The position numbers and the translations under genes were made by a program. The notes under the pieces were generated by a model. That model did not search any database and was not told where the DNA came from. It saw only the letters and a list, made by a program, of their open reading frames with translations. 64,000 nt of DNA from the human T2T-CHM13v2.0 reference genome, Homo sapiens. This document shows, piece by piece, positions 1 to 14,663 of the stretch; within the stretch, counting starts at the first letter, position 1, and each line of letters begins with the position of its first letter. The stretch is taken from assembly GCF_009914755.1 (NCBI RefSeq), contig NC_060934.1. One strand, given 5' to 3'.

Positions 1-1344
1 TGTTTTAAATTTTCTCACAGATTTTTTTCTCCTACTTTGTTTAAAAGTCATACTGTTATTACAATTTTTGCAAAAAAAAGGCAGTAAATAATTCATGTTT
101 TAAGTACAGTTGTTTTCAAAATTCCTTTTCTATGTGGTTTCAGGCATATTTTACCTTCTCTAATACAGAAATTTCTGAAAATGTAGTATGAATCCATAAG
201 CTTTTTATGTTAATTCACTTATTTTCCCATTGACTCACTTTATGGTTTTAGAGATTTATTAAGAATGAAGTTATCTTGGCCCTGAGATGTTAATTAAAAT
301 TATACTGAATAGAGCAAACATTTTAAGCCTGTATAGTTTAGGTATTTTAATTTTAAAGATACATTCAAAATGAAATTATTTTGGCCCTGAGTCGTGTAAT
401 AAAAATTATACCCAAGGGAGCAAACTTAAATATATTTAAAGAATTACATTTCAGAGAAATATGAATGCTAACACTAAATTCTTACATTACATGTTGGCTG
501 TTGGCCCTGTGGAAGCAATAGGGTAATATAATATAAAAACTTTGAGGGAAGTTTGCCATCTTGGGACCCTAGATGTTTTTAGGTCAACTTGAATTTTCCA
601 GGTTAGAAAAGCTGAGCATGAGATCATCTCAAAGAAGTGGTCAATGAGAGACTACTGAACATATTTTTTTTCCTTAAAAAAAAAAAAAAGAACCAGACCC
701 AACCATAGTATTTGCAGGATTGCTTGTCTGTTCAGCAAAGTTCTGAAGAATGACAAGGAAACACGGCTAATGACAGCCTGTTATTGACTAGACGTGGAGC
801 CTTTAGATCCAAACTCTGCTGGTTGTGACTGAACTAAAGTACTAAGCCTAAGGTCTGGAGATCTGAGACATTACTCACCTCTGTCAGTATGCCACTCTCT
901 TAGCTGCCCCTTCATGAACCTTTTCCCAAGGCCTACACTTGTTTTGATAAATTCTGTCTCGGTAAAATACCAGAAAGGCCTCCAAGTGAATGTAAAATCC
1001 CTATGTGGTAGTGAAACAGAAACTGGTAGATGATAAGCACATCAATCCTTAGCTGAAAAGAAATGAGATTACTGGTGGGCATAGAGGGACATTAATTGAA
1101 AGTGGGAAGAATCGATTGTTTGAGTGGCGCAATTCTTCCCAATCCTTTGAAATTGTGGTAAAATTATTTCAAACCATTTTAATCCCTATGTGGTCCAATA
1201 TGTTGTATCCCATAAATTTATTTTAATAAGGCAGGAGTAACAGATTTTTAAGTATTTCATGACATCATAACAATGAAAGATAACATTGGTGAAGTATATC
1301 ACAAAATTGGAAGTTGGAATTATGAATTCAAAAACTAAAGTTTG

Positions 1345-1480
1345 ATATTAACATAATCCTATTCCCCTACTTAATTTTTAAGGTAAGAGCTAAAATCCAG
1401 GTGGTGAAATGACTTACCTAAGGTGACGTAGCTGAACTAGTACCTAGATCTTCCCAGTCCAAGATCAGTGCTTCTTTCGA
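1345..1480 (-). mobile_element. MIR SINE fragment
   Basis: gtgaaatgacttacctaaggtgacgtagctg resembles the antisense MIR core. Confidence 0.6.
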
Positions 1481-2823
1481 CCCTACCTAAAATCATGCAT
1501 AGATGATGATTTCTTTAGAGTCAGTGCATCCTAAAGGAAGAGTTCCTCTGTGACCTGGAGGACCGCTCCATCCCTCCTTGCCTCCTCCACCCAACCACCA
1601 AGAAAGGAAAAGATAAGAAACCAGAGGCCGGAGCTTGATCCCAAGGTTTACTAAAGCTTGAACCAGAAAAGACTGATACTTATGTGAGTTCTGAACCCAG
1701 AATTGTTGGCACACATACGATCTTTCCAGAAATATCAAATCTTACTGTGAGGTGAAATCAAATCTCATCAGATAAGGCAGCATGGACATGTCACAACTAT
1801 CTGTTATAGTTACACTCTTGTAAATAAATATGAAAAATTATATCTGGGCTTAAAACAGTATTTGATTTTTTTAAATGTCTTCTATCTAAATTAAAATAAT
1901 AAAAGGTTTGCAAAGTACAGTTACCCTGAAGCCCTCAAATAATGTTATAGCTATTAGAAATCCAAACTTTGAATTTATTAACACATATGTGTATAAGCTA
2001 CTCCTTATACAGCGGTAGACATTTTAAAAATCACCTAAACAACAACAAAAACATCAATTTTGCCACGTCAACCACCACTGCTTTTTCTGTATGTAATTTT
2101 ATTATACCTTGTGAAAAAGGGAAGACATTTCCAGGGCTACTAATGTTCAGATAATGTGAACGTATTTATGGAATTGTGCAGGTAGCAATGTGAGTCCACA
2201 GAAGATCGCTGCCAGAGGCAAAATGCTATCACCACCTCGGCAATCACAAAACCTGAGAGCAATTGCTTACTTTTTTTACCAAAAATATATCAGAAAGTGG
2301 CATCATTCCAAGAGTTCTAATGTATGATGAATACTCTTAATTATGGGAGTTGTTCTAATTGTAAGGTTATTTGTGTTGTTATTTCACAACAGAAGCTTCC
2401 TGGGATCTCATTTAGAATGTATTACACAGGAGACACAGACATCCATTGCAGATGGTGGAGGGACCCACAGCACTGCAATAACTGAGCCCAAAGCAGTTAT
2501 TCTGATTCAGTGCTTATTGGTAAAGTCTGTCTGAAAATACAGATAAATTATCCTATCTTCCAACACAAGGCTTTGTGAAAAATGGCTGTCCAAATACCAC
2601 TTCCTGTTCATAGCAGACATGCTATACATTGGAAATGTGCAGAGAAATATGATAAAGTGTTATCACATCACTACAGGCTGAAACACAGCTATGTCTGCAA
2701 AACAGGAAGGTGTGTGAGGGATAATATCTGTCTTTAGGCACTATAGTATGTCAAAACCACAAAGACAATGTGCAGCAAAAGATAGCTCCATCATAACCAC
2801 GTTTTTTATGATTGTCTTCACAG

Positions 2824-2898
2824 ACCGAGATAAACGAAAAACTGCAAATACAGGAAGAGGCCTTTAATGCACGAATAGAAAAATTGAAAAAGGCCTAA
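2824..2898 (+). CDS. CABCOCO1: Terminal coding exon (24 aa + TAA), coiled-coil C-terminus; probably ciliary-associated calcium-binding coiled-coil protein 1 (C10orf107)
   Basis: Acceptor ttttttatgattgtcttcacag (AG 2822-2823). The phase-0 reading frame gives TEINEKLQIQEEAFNARIEKLKKA* with heptad-like spacing, followed by an AT-rich UTR with poly(A) signals. Gene identity is from recall of the protein C-terminus, not from a search; upstream exons lie outside the window. Confidence 0.75.
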   Translation, partial: TEINEKLQIQEEAFNARIEKLKKA

Positions 2899-3740
2899 GG
2901 ACTTGGTACAAGGAGAGTGATGCTAAACTTCACAGAAACAAACAAAACCAGCCAGAATAACAGACTCTCTGGAGCGTCGTGTCTCCATCACTTAGTTGTG
3001 AAAGGAAAACCAAGCCCCACTTTTTATTTTCCTAAGTAATTAGAAAAGTATTGGTCCCAATTTTGCTATCTCCCATCCCATAACAGCCTCTGAATTTATT
3101 GCACCAAGTGTAATGAGAACATTTTGTATACAAGAGTTTGAAAAATTATATATAAAAATACAATTACTTTTATGATAGTCCTTTGACGTTTTGACTAATA
3201 AATCCTATTCATCTTCAAGGAGAATGAAGTCAACTTTTTAAATAACCAGAAATAAAGAAAGATGATAATAACTTCATCCATTTTGACCCAAACGGACTGC
3301 CACGTTACTGGAACACTGTGAAAACATACCAGTACCACACTATTGAGGATAAAATTTGTTAAACAATAGCAATTCAAATGCATATATGAGGTTTTTTTTT
3401 TTTTTTACTGAAATCATTTGGTTTTCTTATTTAAACGTTTCAGTGTGAAACCAATTTTCTGAAATTATATAATGCAGTTTGAAGCACTTTAATTTATTCT
3501 GTACTGTATTTGTTATTTCTAATCTTGTTACTCTCCCAGGAGAATACATGACCTATATAAAAAGAAGCAATGTATAAATGGTTATTAAAGACCAACCTAT
3601 ATATAGATTGTAAAAATCTTAAATACAAATCAAACTCATAGAGTTCCCAGAATTAGCCATTATATTGAAGTGGAATGATTTTTAAAAATCTCAAGTCTTT
3701 AAATACCTTTATTAAAATATAATTTCAAAAGAAAAATATC
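2899..3740 (+). other. 3' UTR with multiple poly(A) signals
   Basis: AATAAA at 3197-3202 and 3251-3256, ATTAAA at 3584-3589 and 3711-3716; upstream TGTA motifs; repeat-free AT-rich sequence after the stop. The true 3' end is uncertain. Confidence 0.65.
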
Positions 3741-4424
3741 AATTTGCCAGCTGATTGTCCCCAGTTGGACAAATTAATTAATTACTACCGAACTCTTTTC
3801 CAAAGTTCTTATACTTCAGAGTTTACTGGAATGGAGAGCATTGCTAGGAGGTAGCAGTTTCTTCAAAAATTTTCCAGGCTATACAGTACTTGGATCTGGG
3901 TGACACTTGATTGGATATCAGCTTTAACCCTACTTTCTCCATCAGTTCAAAGAAACTGCCCAAACTATATTCACTGGGGGCACAGGCAGATCTGACAGCA
4001 TTTGGTAATTTTCTAACTACACTGATCAGCAAAGTAAGAGTACCCCTTGAGGTAAAACAATGTTTATTGTTCCTGTAGTTCCACAACTAAAAGGTCTGGA
4101 GATGTGTTTCTTCTCTGAGCTGTCCTTCCTGAATGAAAACGTTGATGGCTGCAGATCAGTAGGAGGGCTCATGTAGTCTGGATTCCATCAAGCAGTGTTT
4201 TCTCCAGAGCAAACTGAAACGGGGGAGACTGCAAATGTGGAATAAAGGAGCTTCCAAAAGTCACCAAAAACAGCTTCAAGTGCAATTGTTGGCACAGAGT
4301 AGACCTGAATTTCTAATAAAGAGTGCTTACTTGAGCAAGGGTATCAGTCAGAAGTATCAGGACTCTAAGACTGAATCAAAATAGCACTAGGATGCCTAAA
4401 CACTATATAGAGACAATATATGTA

Positions 4425-4585
4425 AGTGTGCTTAAAGCTGTGGTCTCTAGACTGAGACTCCCACAGTGTGATATTGGCTTCACACTGGTGAGTGTGTGAC
4501 CTTGGACAGGCTACTCAACTTCTATTTGCTCATCTATTCAATGGAAGTGACACTTATTTTTGAAGTGGTTATGAGGACTCAATAT
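4425..4585 (+). mobile_element. MIR SINE fragment
   Basis: gtgtgaccttggacaggctactcaacttct...ctcatct MIR core. Confidence 0.65.
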
Positions 4586-4879
4586 GCCACTGCCCATCCC
4601 TAATACCCATTGCCCAGTTGCTTGATTAGGCTGTCTGCCAGAATTCCGAGCCTTCTCTGTCTCTCCACTGGCACCTGTGGGGCAGCATGTCCTCTCCCTC
4701 TGTTGAAGTCATCCCATGGTAGCCACCCTGCCACTCTGATCTCCTATATTTTCCATGGTGGAGGAGCCCAGGGATCTCTCTGGCAACCCAACTTTCAGAT
4801 ATGATAATAGGAGCAAGAGCAACCACAACTTTCAAAAGTATTTTTTGCCCATTCGAACAATTGGATACATGCATAAGTG

Positions 4880-5375
4880 GTCTTTTTTTACACAATTAAT
4901 ATTGCTGTTTACATTCCTTTTTCATCAAGTAATATATCTGAGAGATAATTCCCTATCAGTACATTTTAACAACCATGTAATATTTATCAGTTTCACGATT
5001 TTTTGATGGGTCCTCCTGCTGAACTTTTTTGTTTCCAGCAGTTTGTTATCACCATGCTGTATCGCCACCCTTGCGCACACATCTTTGTGAATGTGTATAA
5101 TTATACCTGTAGGTCAAAACTCTAGAAGCGGAATTCCTAGGTCCAGTTGTATGTGCGTTCCAATATTCTTAGATATTGTCAAAGATATTTCACCATTTTG
5201 TATGCCCACCAACAGTGTATAAGAATACCTCTTTCTCTACATTTTACCAACAACGTACATTAGTCAATTTTTTGTCTTTGATATTCTGATAGAAAATAAT
5301 GTCATGCTACTGCTTTAATTTGCTTTTATTGTTTTACTCCACATGGGTTGAACACCTTTTCATATGTTTATAAGA
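4880..5375 (-). mobile_element. Old L1 (L1M-type) fragment
   Basis: ctagaagcggaattcctaggtc...cccaccaacagtgtataaga matches antisense L1 ORF2 3' region. Confidence 0.7.
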
Positions 5376-5522
5376 AAATATATATATATATTCATGTAAC
5401 ATATATAATGTGTGATGATAATATATATATTATGGTTATTAGGAAGACTATATTCATTTAGTCTTCCTAATAACCGAGAGAGAGAGAGAGACAGAGAGAG
5501 AGAGAGAGATGATAGGTAGATA
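5376..5522. repeat. (TA)n-rich tract, perfect 17-bp inverted repeat (5434-5475), then (GA)n
   Basis: Read directly from sequence. Confidence 0.9.
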
Positions 5523-5780
5523 CTATTAGCCTTTAATAGTTAGCCTCATTTTATAGTTATGGAGCCTGAAGCTTAGAGGGATTATTAACCTAAACCAAGT
5601 TACACATTTAATAATTGGTGGGACGGGGCTTCCAAACCAAGTCTGACCTATTTTACAGATGACGAAACTGGAATACAGAGAAAGTTTAGGTAACTCTCCA
5701 TGATCGTACTGCCAGTAGGTGGTAGAATTAACTTTGGAACTTGGGCCTGTACGATCACAAAACCCACGTGCTTAACCTTT
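5520..5780 (-). mobile_element. Two tandem MIR fragments
   Basis: ctcattttatagttatggagcctgaagc and ctattttacagatgacgaaactgg antisense cores. Confidence 0.7.
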
Positions 5781-5974
5781 ATCTTCATCTGGCCATCTCA
5801 TAGTTGACATGAAATCAAGGGAAAGCTAACCTTTCCTTTTCCTTATTATATAATAATATTATTAGAATAAGCAAGTTTGTTGTTGTTCCCTTATTACTAT
5901 AGTAAGGGAACAAACTTGCTTATGCTAATGAGTGTATTAAGTTTTTGGAAAATGTATCCAAGGATAGAATACAT

Positions 5975-6795
<821 letters not shown>

Positions 6796-8029
6796 AGTAC
6801 CAAGACTTCTATCTATGGAGACCTGGAAAAGGGAATATTCTTATAAAAAGAGTCCTACTGCTAATGATGCCATAGCACCACTTCATAGCAGTTTCTAAGA
6901 GAGGGAGAAATAAAGAAAATGTTTGACTTTTTTAAAGTGACAGAGTCCACCTACTCTAAGTAGTCTTTGGCATAACGGTTGCCCTCTGAAGAGCCAATTT
7001 AAAAATAATACCAACCTATCACTTAGGAGAAGCTTTACTGTCATCATCCACAATAAAGTATGTTTCTTCCATTTGCAGGAATAATTTGGAAAACTTTTTG
7101 CATAGATCCCATGATAAGTTTCAAAGAGCAAATATATTCATTATGTTATAAACAAGCCACAGACTACCACTATTTCAGGTATTTGCAGGCACTATTGTGC
7201 CTTAATATAACTGTGGAGTCATTTTTCCAAAATCTGAATATAAAGCCTCTATTTCTATCCTTCATTTGATTGGAACCATTCAATCATCCTGGTAGATAAT
7301 AAGTTTGCATGTTCTTAGATTGCATTTCATTATGCTTCCGTTCCCCTAGAAAATAAATGTGCTCCTTTTCCCAACAATTGTAGAGGAGAAATACTTCTGA
7401 CATCTCAAATTTCAGCCTCTGGAAGACGTCCCTCTTCTGGACATGAAAGTCATCTGTTTCCTGGACATTCATCTGTTAAATAAGAGAAGTCAAGACCCCC
7501 TCATGACAGCCATAATACCTATTAATTTAAGTTTCCAAAGAAAGATGAATCCAGATCAAAATAATTCCATCCAGATCAAAGTAATTCCAAACCAAAGAGA
7601 GAATACTAAAAATTCCTTTCGCTTTCAGGATGACTTTCCTTTTCACAGAAGAACCTGCAGTGAAGAAGATTGGTTTATCGTATTTTATTTGTCAGAGCTG
7701 CCAAAGTGTTTTATGTTAATATAATTTTTAGCTTCAGAGAATGTTCATTGAAAATGTCTTCGATGGTCATTTTGGTGTTTGTTTCTTCCTTTTAATCTAG
7801 CTTGTAATTTATTCTGGGCGTTCTAAGTACCAGAATGAAAGAAGACAATTAAGGTCCTTGACTTGAGGGAGTCCATGGAATTAATGACGTTTATAATCTA
7901 GAGACAGATGACACACAAGTGAATATTCTTTTTCAAAAGAACATGCAGAATTATAACCACAAAATGCTTAGAAGGATAATCCTCAAACCCAGATAAACCC
8001 ACCTATTGAAATAATTTTGGTCCAAATCT

Positions 8030-8748
8030 TCTTTGCAGAATTCCAAATAAATTATATGGATACTCCACTCAAAGGAGGAGGAGTATAACTCCACTGATGT
8101 ATGGGCTGTACATACAGACTTCCAAAGAATATAGTATGGAAAAAGTAATGCTTTCATAGTTGAGAAACCTGACAAACACTGCTTCAGCCAGGTGATCAAG
8201 GTCAACATCAACAGTCAATAAATCATGTTAATGCATGTACCCTTGATATGAGGTGAAAATGGTGAAGATCTCTGCGATCTTCATGCCAAAAACTTAAAAC
8301 CCCAGTCTAATCGTGATGAAAACATCAGGCAAATTCCAGTGAAGGAACAGTCTATACCTGATTAGTACTCCTCAAAACTGCCAAAATCATCAAAACAAGG
8401 AAAGTGTAAGAAAATGTCACAGCAAAGAGGAGCGTAAAGAGAATGACAACAATTGTAGTAAGGTATCCTGGATGGGATTCTGGAACAGAAAAGGGAAATC
8501 TTAAAAAATATGAATAAACTATGAAACTCAATTAATAAAAATGTGTCAATAGTAGTTCATCAGTTGCACCAAATGTACTATACTAATGTAAGATTAATAA
8601 TAATACTAACAGGAAACTGTGTGCAGTGGTGGAGTGGGGACTGTATAGGGGAATTCTGTACTATCTGCTCAATTATTCTACAAATCTACAACTTTTCTAA
8701 AAAAATCTAAAACTGTTTTAAAAGAATAAAATCTATTAATTTTTAAAA
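8030..8748 (+). mobile_element. L1MC/L1MD-type 3' end
   Basis: agccaggtgatcaaggtcaacatcaacagt, tcctggatgggattctggaacagaaaagg, A-rich tail. Confidence 0.8.
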
Positions 8749-9116
8749 AAGAATATTAGTCAAAACAAAATTAATTAGAAGAAAAAATGCCCACAGTCAG
8801 ATGTCACTATTAATAAAATGATACCCCCTTGTAAATGTCACATGAAAAATCAAATATAGTCAACTTGCAAATTAGAAAAAATATACTCAGAAAAAACAGA
8901 AAGTAATATATCCCATTTTAAAAGGGTAATTGTAATTTTCATCTGTTCTGGGCCTCTTCATACCTTCTTACTTCCATAGTAGAATTCGAAACTTTCCAAA
9001 AATATGCATACTTTATAAAAGCAGAGTACATTGATTTCTTTTAGTACCAAACTCAATTGTATAACACAACATCATAATATGTTCTATCAGCTAATCTTAA
9101 ATAGAGAGATCAACCA

Positions 9117-9437
<321 letters not shown>

Positions 9438-10294
9438 TCAAACATCTATAGAATGGCCCCAGTCTCTCAAGTAGCTCACAATGAGGTAAGGCTTCTTTAG
9501 ATTCTGCTAAGACTTCTCTAAATGAGCAGTCCTTGTTTTATATAACATGGAAAACACAATAAATACATAAACAAATAAAGAAATGCTATCCAGCTACTTA
9601 AAATCAAGCTTGGTAATAATCATATCACCTGCCATCCTATCACCAAAAAAAGAGATCAAAATAGCCTGGTTATTAATATTTTCATTGAATATTCATCTCA
9701 AAATCAAAAAGAGGAAAAAGTAACACGTTTTTAATACGAGTGACATTTTATATTAATGCATTGTCAATACATGGATAGCTTTCATAAAACCAAGGCCCAA
9801 ATTCAACCAGAATAAAAGTAACAGTACTCATCTTCCAACCTCACGCGTGAGTTAAACTGTTACAATGACCAACAAAATATAGATTTTTCTTTCCTTTTTT
9901 AGTATAAAAATTGATATTATTATTTTTCATTAACTCTATCCAGTCCCTTTTTGCATTGTTATTGGACTTTATGGATTAGAATAAATTTAAAATTTGCATT
10001 GAATTTGTAATAGTCAAAAATTCCAAATAAAAAGTGTTCTCACTCCATCTTGCCAGACCCAGAATTGTTGCATTTGCTTAGTATGCATAACTGAATGATC
10101 GAACAAAAGCAATGACCAACAAGATTCGATTTAAAAATAGTATTACCACAAGACCATGGTGGTAAAAGTCCTAAACATCTTCTAGTTTAACCCTTTCACA
10201 ATAACCCTCACTTTTCCTGAGGGCCAGGAAAGTGAAAAGACACTGTAATAACACAAGTAATTTATGACAAAGTCCAAACTAGCATCCACATTAT

Positions 10295-10960
10295 GATTCA
10301 TTCATTCAAACATGGTTATATTCAACAAATGTTTATTGGGTATCTTCTGTGTGTCAGAAGCTATGCTAAGCATACATCAGCAAAAACAGATAAAACCACT
10401 GCGTCATGGAGTTTATAGTCTACTGGGAGAGGTAGATTTTAATCAATCACATAAACAATTATTTTTTAAAAAAGCTATAACGCATTCTATGAAAAAAGGT
10501 ATACCCTGCAACGAGAGCTTACATAGATAAATTTGACCTAATCAAGGAAGGTTCTACTGAAGAGTCACATGTCGAGGATGAATTGGGCACTCGTTAAGCA
10601 AGGAGAGGAGAAAGTTGTTAAGCAAAGGGAACAGCAAGTGCAAATCCCTGTGGAAATAAAATATGGAAGGCAGAGGGTGTGAAAGGAGGCCTGTGTGGCT
10701 GAAGTCTCTAAGTGAGAAAGAGCATTTTTCAAAGTTGAGGATGAATATAAGTGGAGATTAGATAATGCAAAACCTTGTAAGTCAGAATAAAGAGTTTTGT
10801 CTTTGTCCTAAATATCATCAGAGGTTATTAAAAGATTTTAAGCAGAACTTGGAGGTGGTTGGTGAAGGACAGGCATTTTGCACTATGCAAAGATTACTCT
10901 AGCTGCAGCAGGGAGAATGAAGAAGAGACCTGGGAGGATGGGGTCACCCCAGTTAGGATA
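10295..10960 (-). mobile_element. L2 fragment
   Basis: attcattcattcaaa...caacaaatgtttattgggtatc antisense L2 3' end followed by purine-rich L2 body. Confidence 0.75.
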
Positions 10961-10994
10961 TTTTCCAACCCAGTGCTCTTTCTATTACCCTACA

Positions 10995-11420
10995 TATGCG
11001 TCAGAATCTGCCCACCAAAATCCATTTTCCCATTCTCCCTAACCATGTGGTTGGACTCCATTTCCCAGATCCCTTTGCAGTTAGGTATGGCCATGTGATG
11101 AAGTTCTACCCAGTGGAATGTGGGCAGAAGTGAAATTGGCTATGTTAAGGGCTTTGCTCAAGACCAGGCAACACCTCCTCCATGTTCTCTCCTCTCTTCT
11201 TCCGCTGGCTGCATAGCAGTGAGGACAATGAGAATTTGAAGGTAACAGTGCACTTATCAGCCTGGGTTCCTGAATAAACACGTTGACAGGAGAAACTCAC
11301 CAACCTGGAGCACACATCCAGACTGTCTGATGAGCAATAAATATGAACTTCCACTTCTTAGAGCCACTTCATTCTTAGGTCCATTCTTTACAACAACTTA
11401 GCCTGTTCTAATTAACTCAA
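10995..11420 (+). mobile_element. MaLR solo LTR (MLT1H/I/J-like)
   Basis: catttcccagatccctttgcagttaggtatggccatgtga...gtggaatgtgggcagaagtga MLT1 signature; AATAAA near the 3' end. Confidence 0.75.
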
Positions 11421-12114
11421 TCGATATGTCTTTCTACGTTTAGCATACATAATATGTCTCATATGGGTCAATGTCTATAAACTGGAAAAAGCAACTAGCA
11501 AATTCATTAACTAGGGACCTGCTTATAGTTTTATTATATAAGGTAATTACTTCTTAGTTTATATAAGCCCACAGTCCCTCCTGAACTGACATTCTATGAA
11601 ATAATTCACTGAGCCTCACAAGTATGATGAATTGCACGCTTAGGAATTTTCGACCAGGGTCCACACCTTAACTACTTTCTCCTTTAAGTGAGGCTAGTAA
11701 TTTTTAAAATGTCTATGATTGGCTTGGGATTTCTCTAATAAGAAATGTAAAAAACAAGACCCAAAATTATTAATTTTCTAGTAATTTTCCCCTTAGGCCA
11801 AGGTCATTTCTTCAGCTGTTATAGTCTTTAATTCACTAAAAATTATTTACTAAATACCTACTGCAAGAACATGGCTAAGTCCCTTAGCAGAGCCAATATT
11901 GATGTGTTGGCTGCTATGGATATTAACTATATCCAATTCTAAACACTAGTATGTATTTCTGAAGTATTAATCTGGCTTAGATAGTAGACAGTTCCATAGG
12001 TTAAAATAAAAGGCACAGTCAGATCATACACAGAGTTGGAAAGAGAAACAGAACTTTGTTTTTCCCTCCTGCAAACATGCTCAGTCACCAGTTGTTCACT
12101 TGTGATGGGTGCAA

Positions 12115-12650
12115 CCTGAATCAGTTGGCATGTTCTTGGCTGCAAGTAAGCAAAATGCTAAACTCAAAATGGCTCAAAAAATAACAACAAAAAAAAATGT
12201 AGAGACCCTTCATGACATCATGGAGGACCCAGATCATTTATCTGTGGTGCCCTCACCAGCACCTTGGCTTTTGTCCCCAGTATTGTTCCTTTATAGTCCC
12301 AAAATGGCGGCAATATCCTCACAAAAAGACTAAATACTCAAAAAAAAATTTTTTTAAGAAACATTTTTTTCCTCTTTTATATATCTTCTTAAGAACAAGA
12401 AAAACTTCCTAAAGCCTGCCAAGATAATTTTCTGTGTCCCTTTGGCCAGAATTGTGTCGCATGGTGAACCCTAAACCAGATATTGATAAGTGAAGTAGAA
12501 TTGTCATGATAGATTTAGGTGAGTTAAGATTTACTAACCAAGGCTAGAGGATGGCCCTGAAAAACACAGTCAGCCAATACTTGAACAAAATTGGGATTCT
12601 GTTAGAGAGAAAAAAAAGAACAGCTATTGGGCAGGTAATTGCCATTTCTA
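12115..12650 (-). mobile_element. MaLR solo LTR (MLT1K-like)
   Basis: ttcttggctgcaagtaa...ggccagaattgtgtcgcatgg...aacaaaattgggattctgttag. Confidence 0.65.
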
Positions 12651-12729
12651 CTCCACAAAGCGATCTTTCCTCTGTAATATTTTATATCTTGGAATGACCT
12701 AACATTCACTTCATTCTTCATTTCCAAAT

Positions 12730-12775
12730 TTAGATATAGATAATAGATAGGTAGATAGACAGACAAATAGATAGA
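12730..12775. repeat. Degenerate (TAGA)n
   Basis: Read directly. Confidence 0.8.
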
Positions 12776-13949
12776 AATTTTCTTCTTTTTCAAAGATTAT
12801 GCTACTGGTGCTAATTATTATCTCTATGTGTGGGTGTGGTTTAAAAATAATTGTCATAGAAAAAGCTACTGCATTCTAACATGTCTGTGAAAAATAGCTA
12901 GAAATTTTTGAAACCAAGTCTATTCAGCTCTTGGGTGCTGGCCTCATATTGAATTATTATTGCCATTTCCTTTCTGCTGAAATATTGATGACATGGTCAT
13001 CACTCATTCAACCAAGTGTGGCTATTTCAGATTTAGTTAAGTGTCTTTATTCAAGGTGTCCTCATAGGCTCCTTTATTTGTTAGAACTATTTCAAAATGA
13101 ATAGACAGATGAATCACCAGAGCACTGCACAGCACTAAACGGAGGAAACAAAACAAACAAAATAATAAGACAATTACAGATTTGGGAAATTGCTTATAAT
13201 ATACTATCAACTGATAAAAGGGTGAAATCTATCATTTAGTATGACTTGTGTTTGTGCGGGAACATTGATAGGCAAAGAAAAAGAATTCAAACAAATTGGA
13301 GGGTTATCTCTTAGTGGTGAAACTACAGGTGATTTTAAAAAAATCTTTCTGTGTTTTTCATACATTCTATATTGACTTTTTTACGAAGAAGAAGAATTAA
13401 ACACTGCTTCTGACTGGTTGTATGCTGCATCCCAGCCTTCAGTGTCATTTGCCAGCCTCCAGATCAACCCACTGGAAGCATGGAGATTCTCCTTTTCCAG
13501 TAGCAATCATTGGAATGCAGCAGGTACTATTTTGACCCAGGGAAGCCCAAAGAGCATCCCAGAAACAGTTCTTGTTCTGGAAAAGCCTCCAATCTAAGTT
13601 AAATACATTGACAGGTTCGTGACATCTGGTAAATAGACACATTGCCCTTGCAGTACTGAGATAAATTCTAGAGATGGATTCCAGCAACGATTCGGTCGAA
13701 ATAAATGTCATGATGGTGGGCCTGTCACATCTCCCCAACTAAGCTTCAGGTTTATTGTTTATACAATGCATGAAGTTGAAAACAGGTGAAAGGAGGCAAC
13801 ATTGAGAAACCTTTTCCTAAAACTCAAGAGACATACTGACTTTATTTTAAAAAACTAGAAAACTAGTCTTAGAAGAACACATCTTAAAGAATATCTCAAA
13901 TTGACTAAAAATTGAAACACCAGATGCATTCTCATTAAAATCAAGAATG

Positions 13950-14120
13950 AGATAAGGGTTGTGATTTGAAGTAATTGTATTATTCCATGTTTAATGTCTG
14001 TCTCCAGCCCAGGCTGTAGCTCTAGAAGGACAGAAACTGTTTCTATCTGGTTTGGTGCTCTATCTCCAAGGTTGAGCACAGTGTCTGGTGCAGAATAGGT
14101 ACTTTGTAAATCTCTCGTGA
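13950..14120 (+). mobile_element. L2 3' fragment
   Basis: tgtctgtctcc...gcacagtgtctggtgcagaataggtac. Confidence 0.65.
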
Positions 14121-14360
14121 AAGAAAGTGCAGAAGGCAGACTGATACGCTGGTTGGTTGGCTGTTTTCACCACTAGTATTTTGATTTTTCTACCACTGCC
14201 TTAAGACAGCATGTAGGACTTAAAAGCATAATTAACACAAAGCCGAAATCATTATTGTTTGTAGACTGTAAAACTATCTACAATGAAAAACCATGAGAAA
14301 ATCATTCTAAAAATTTCAGTAAGAAGTCAAATGAGAAAATAAATATTAAAACACAGATTA

Positions 14361-14663
<303 letters not shown>

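Noticed and set aside
1-2823. Upstream coding exon of the gene
   Set aside because: No convincing acceptor/donor pair with an open phase-0 frame was found; the region reads as intron.
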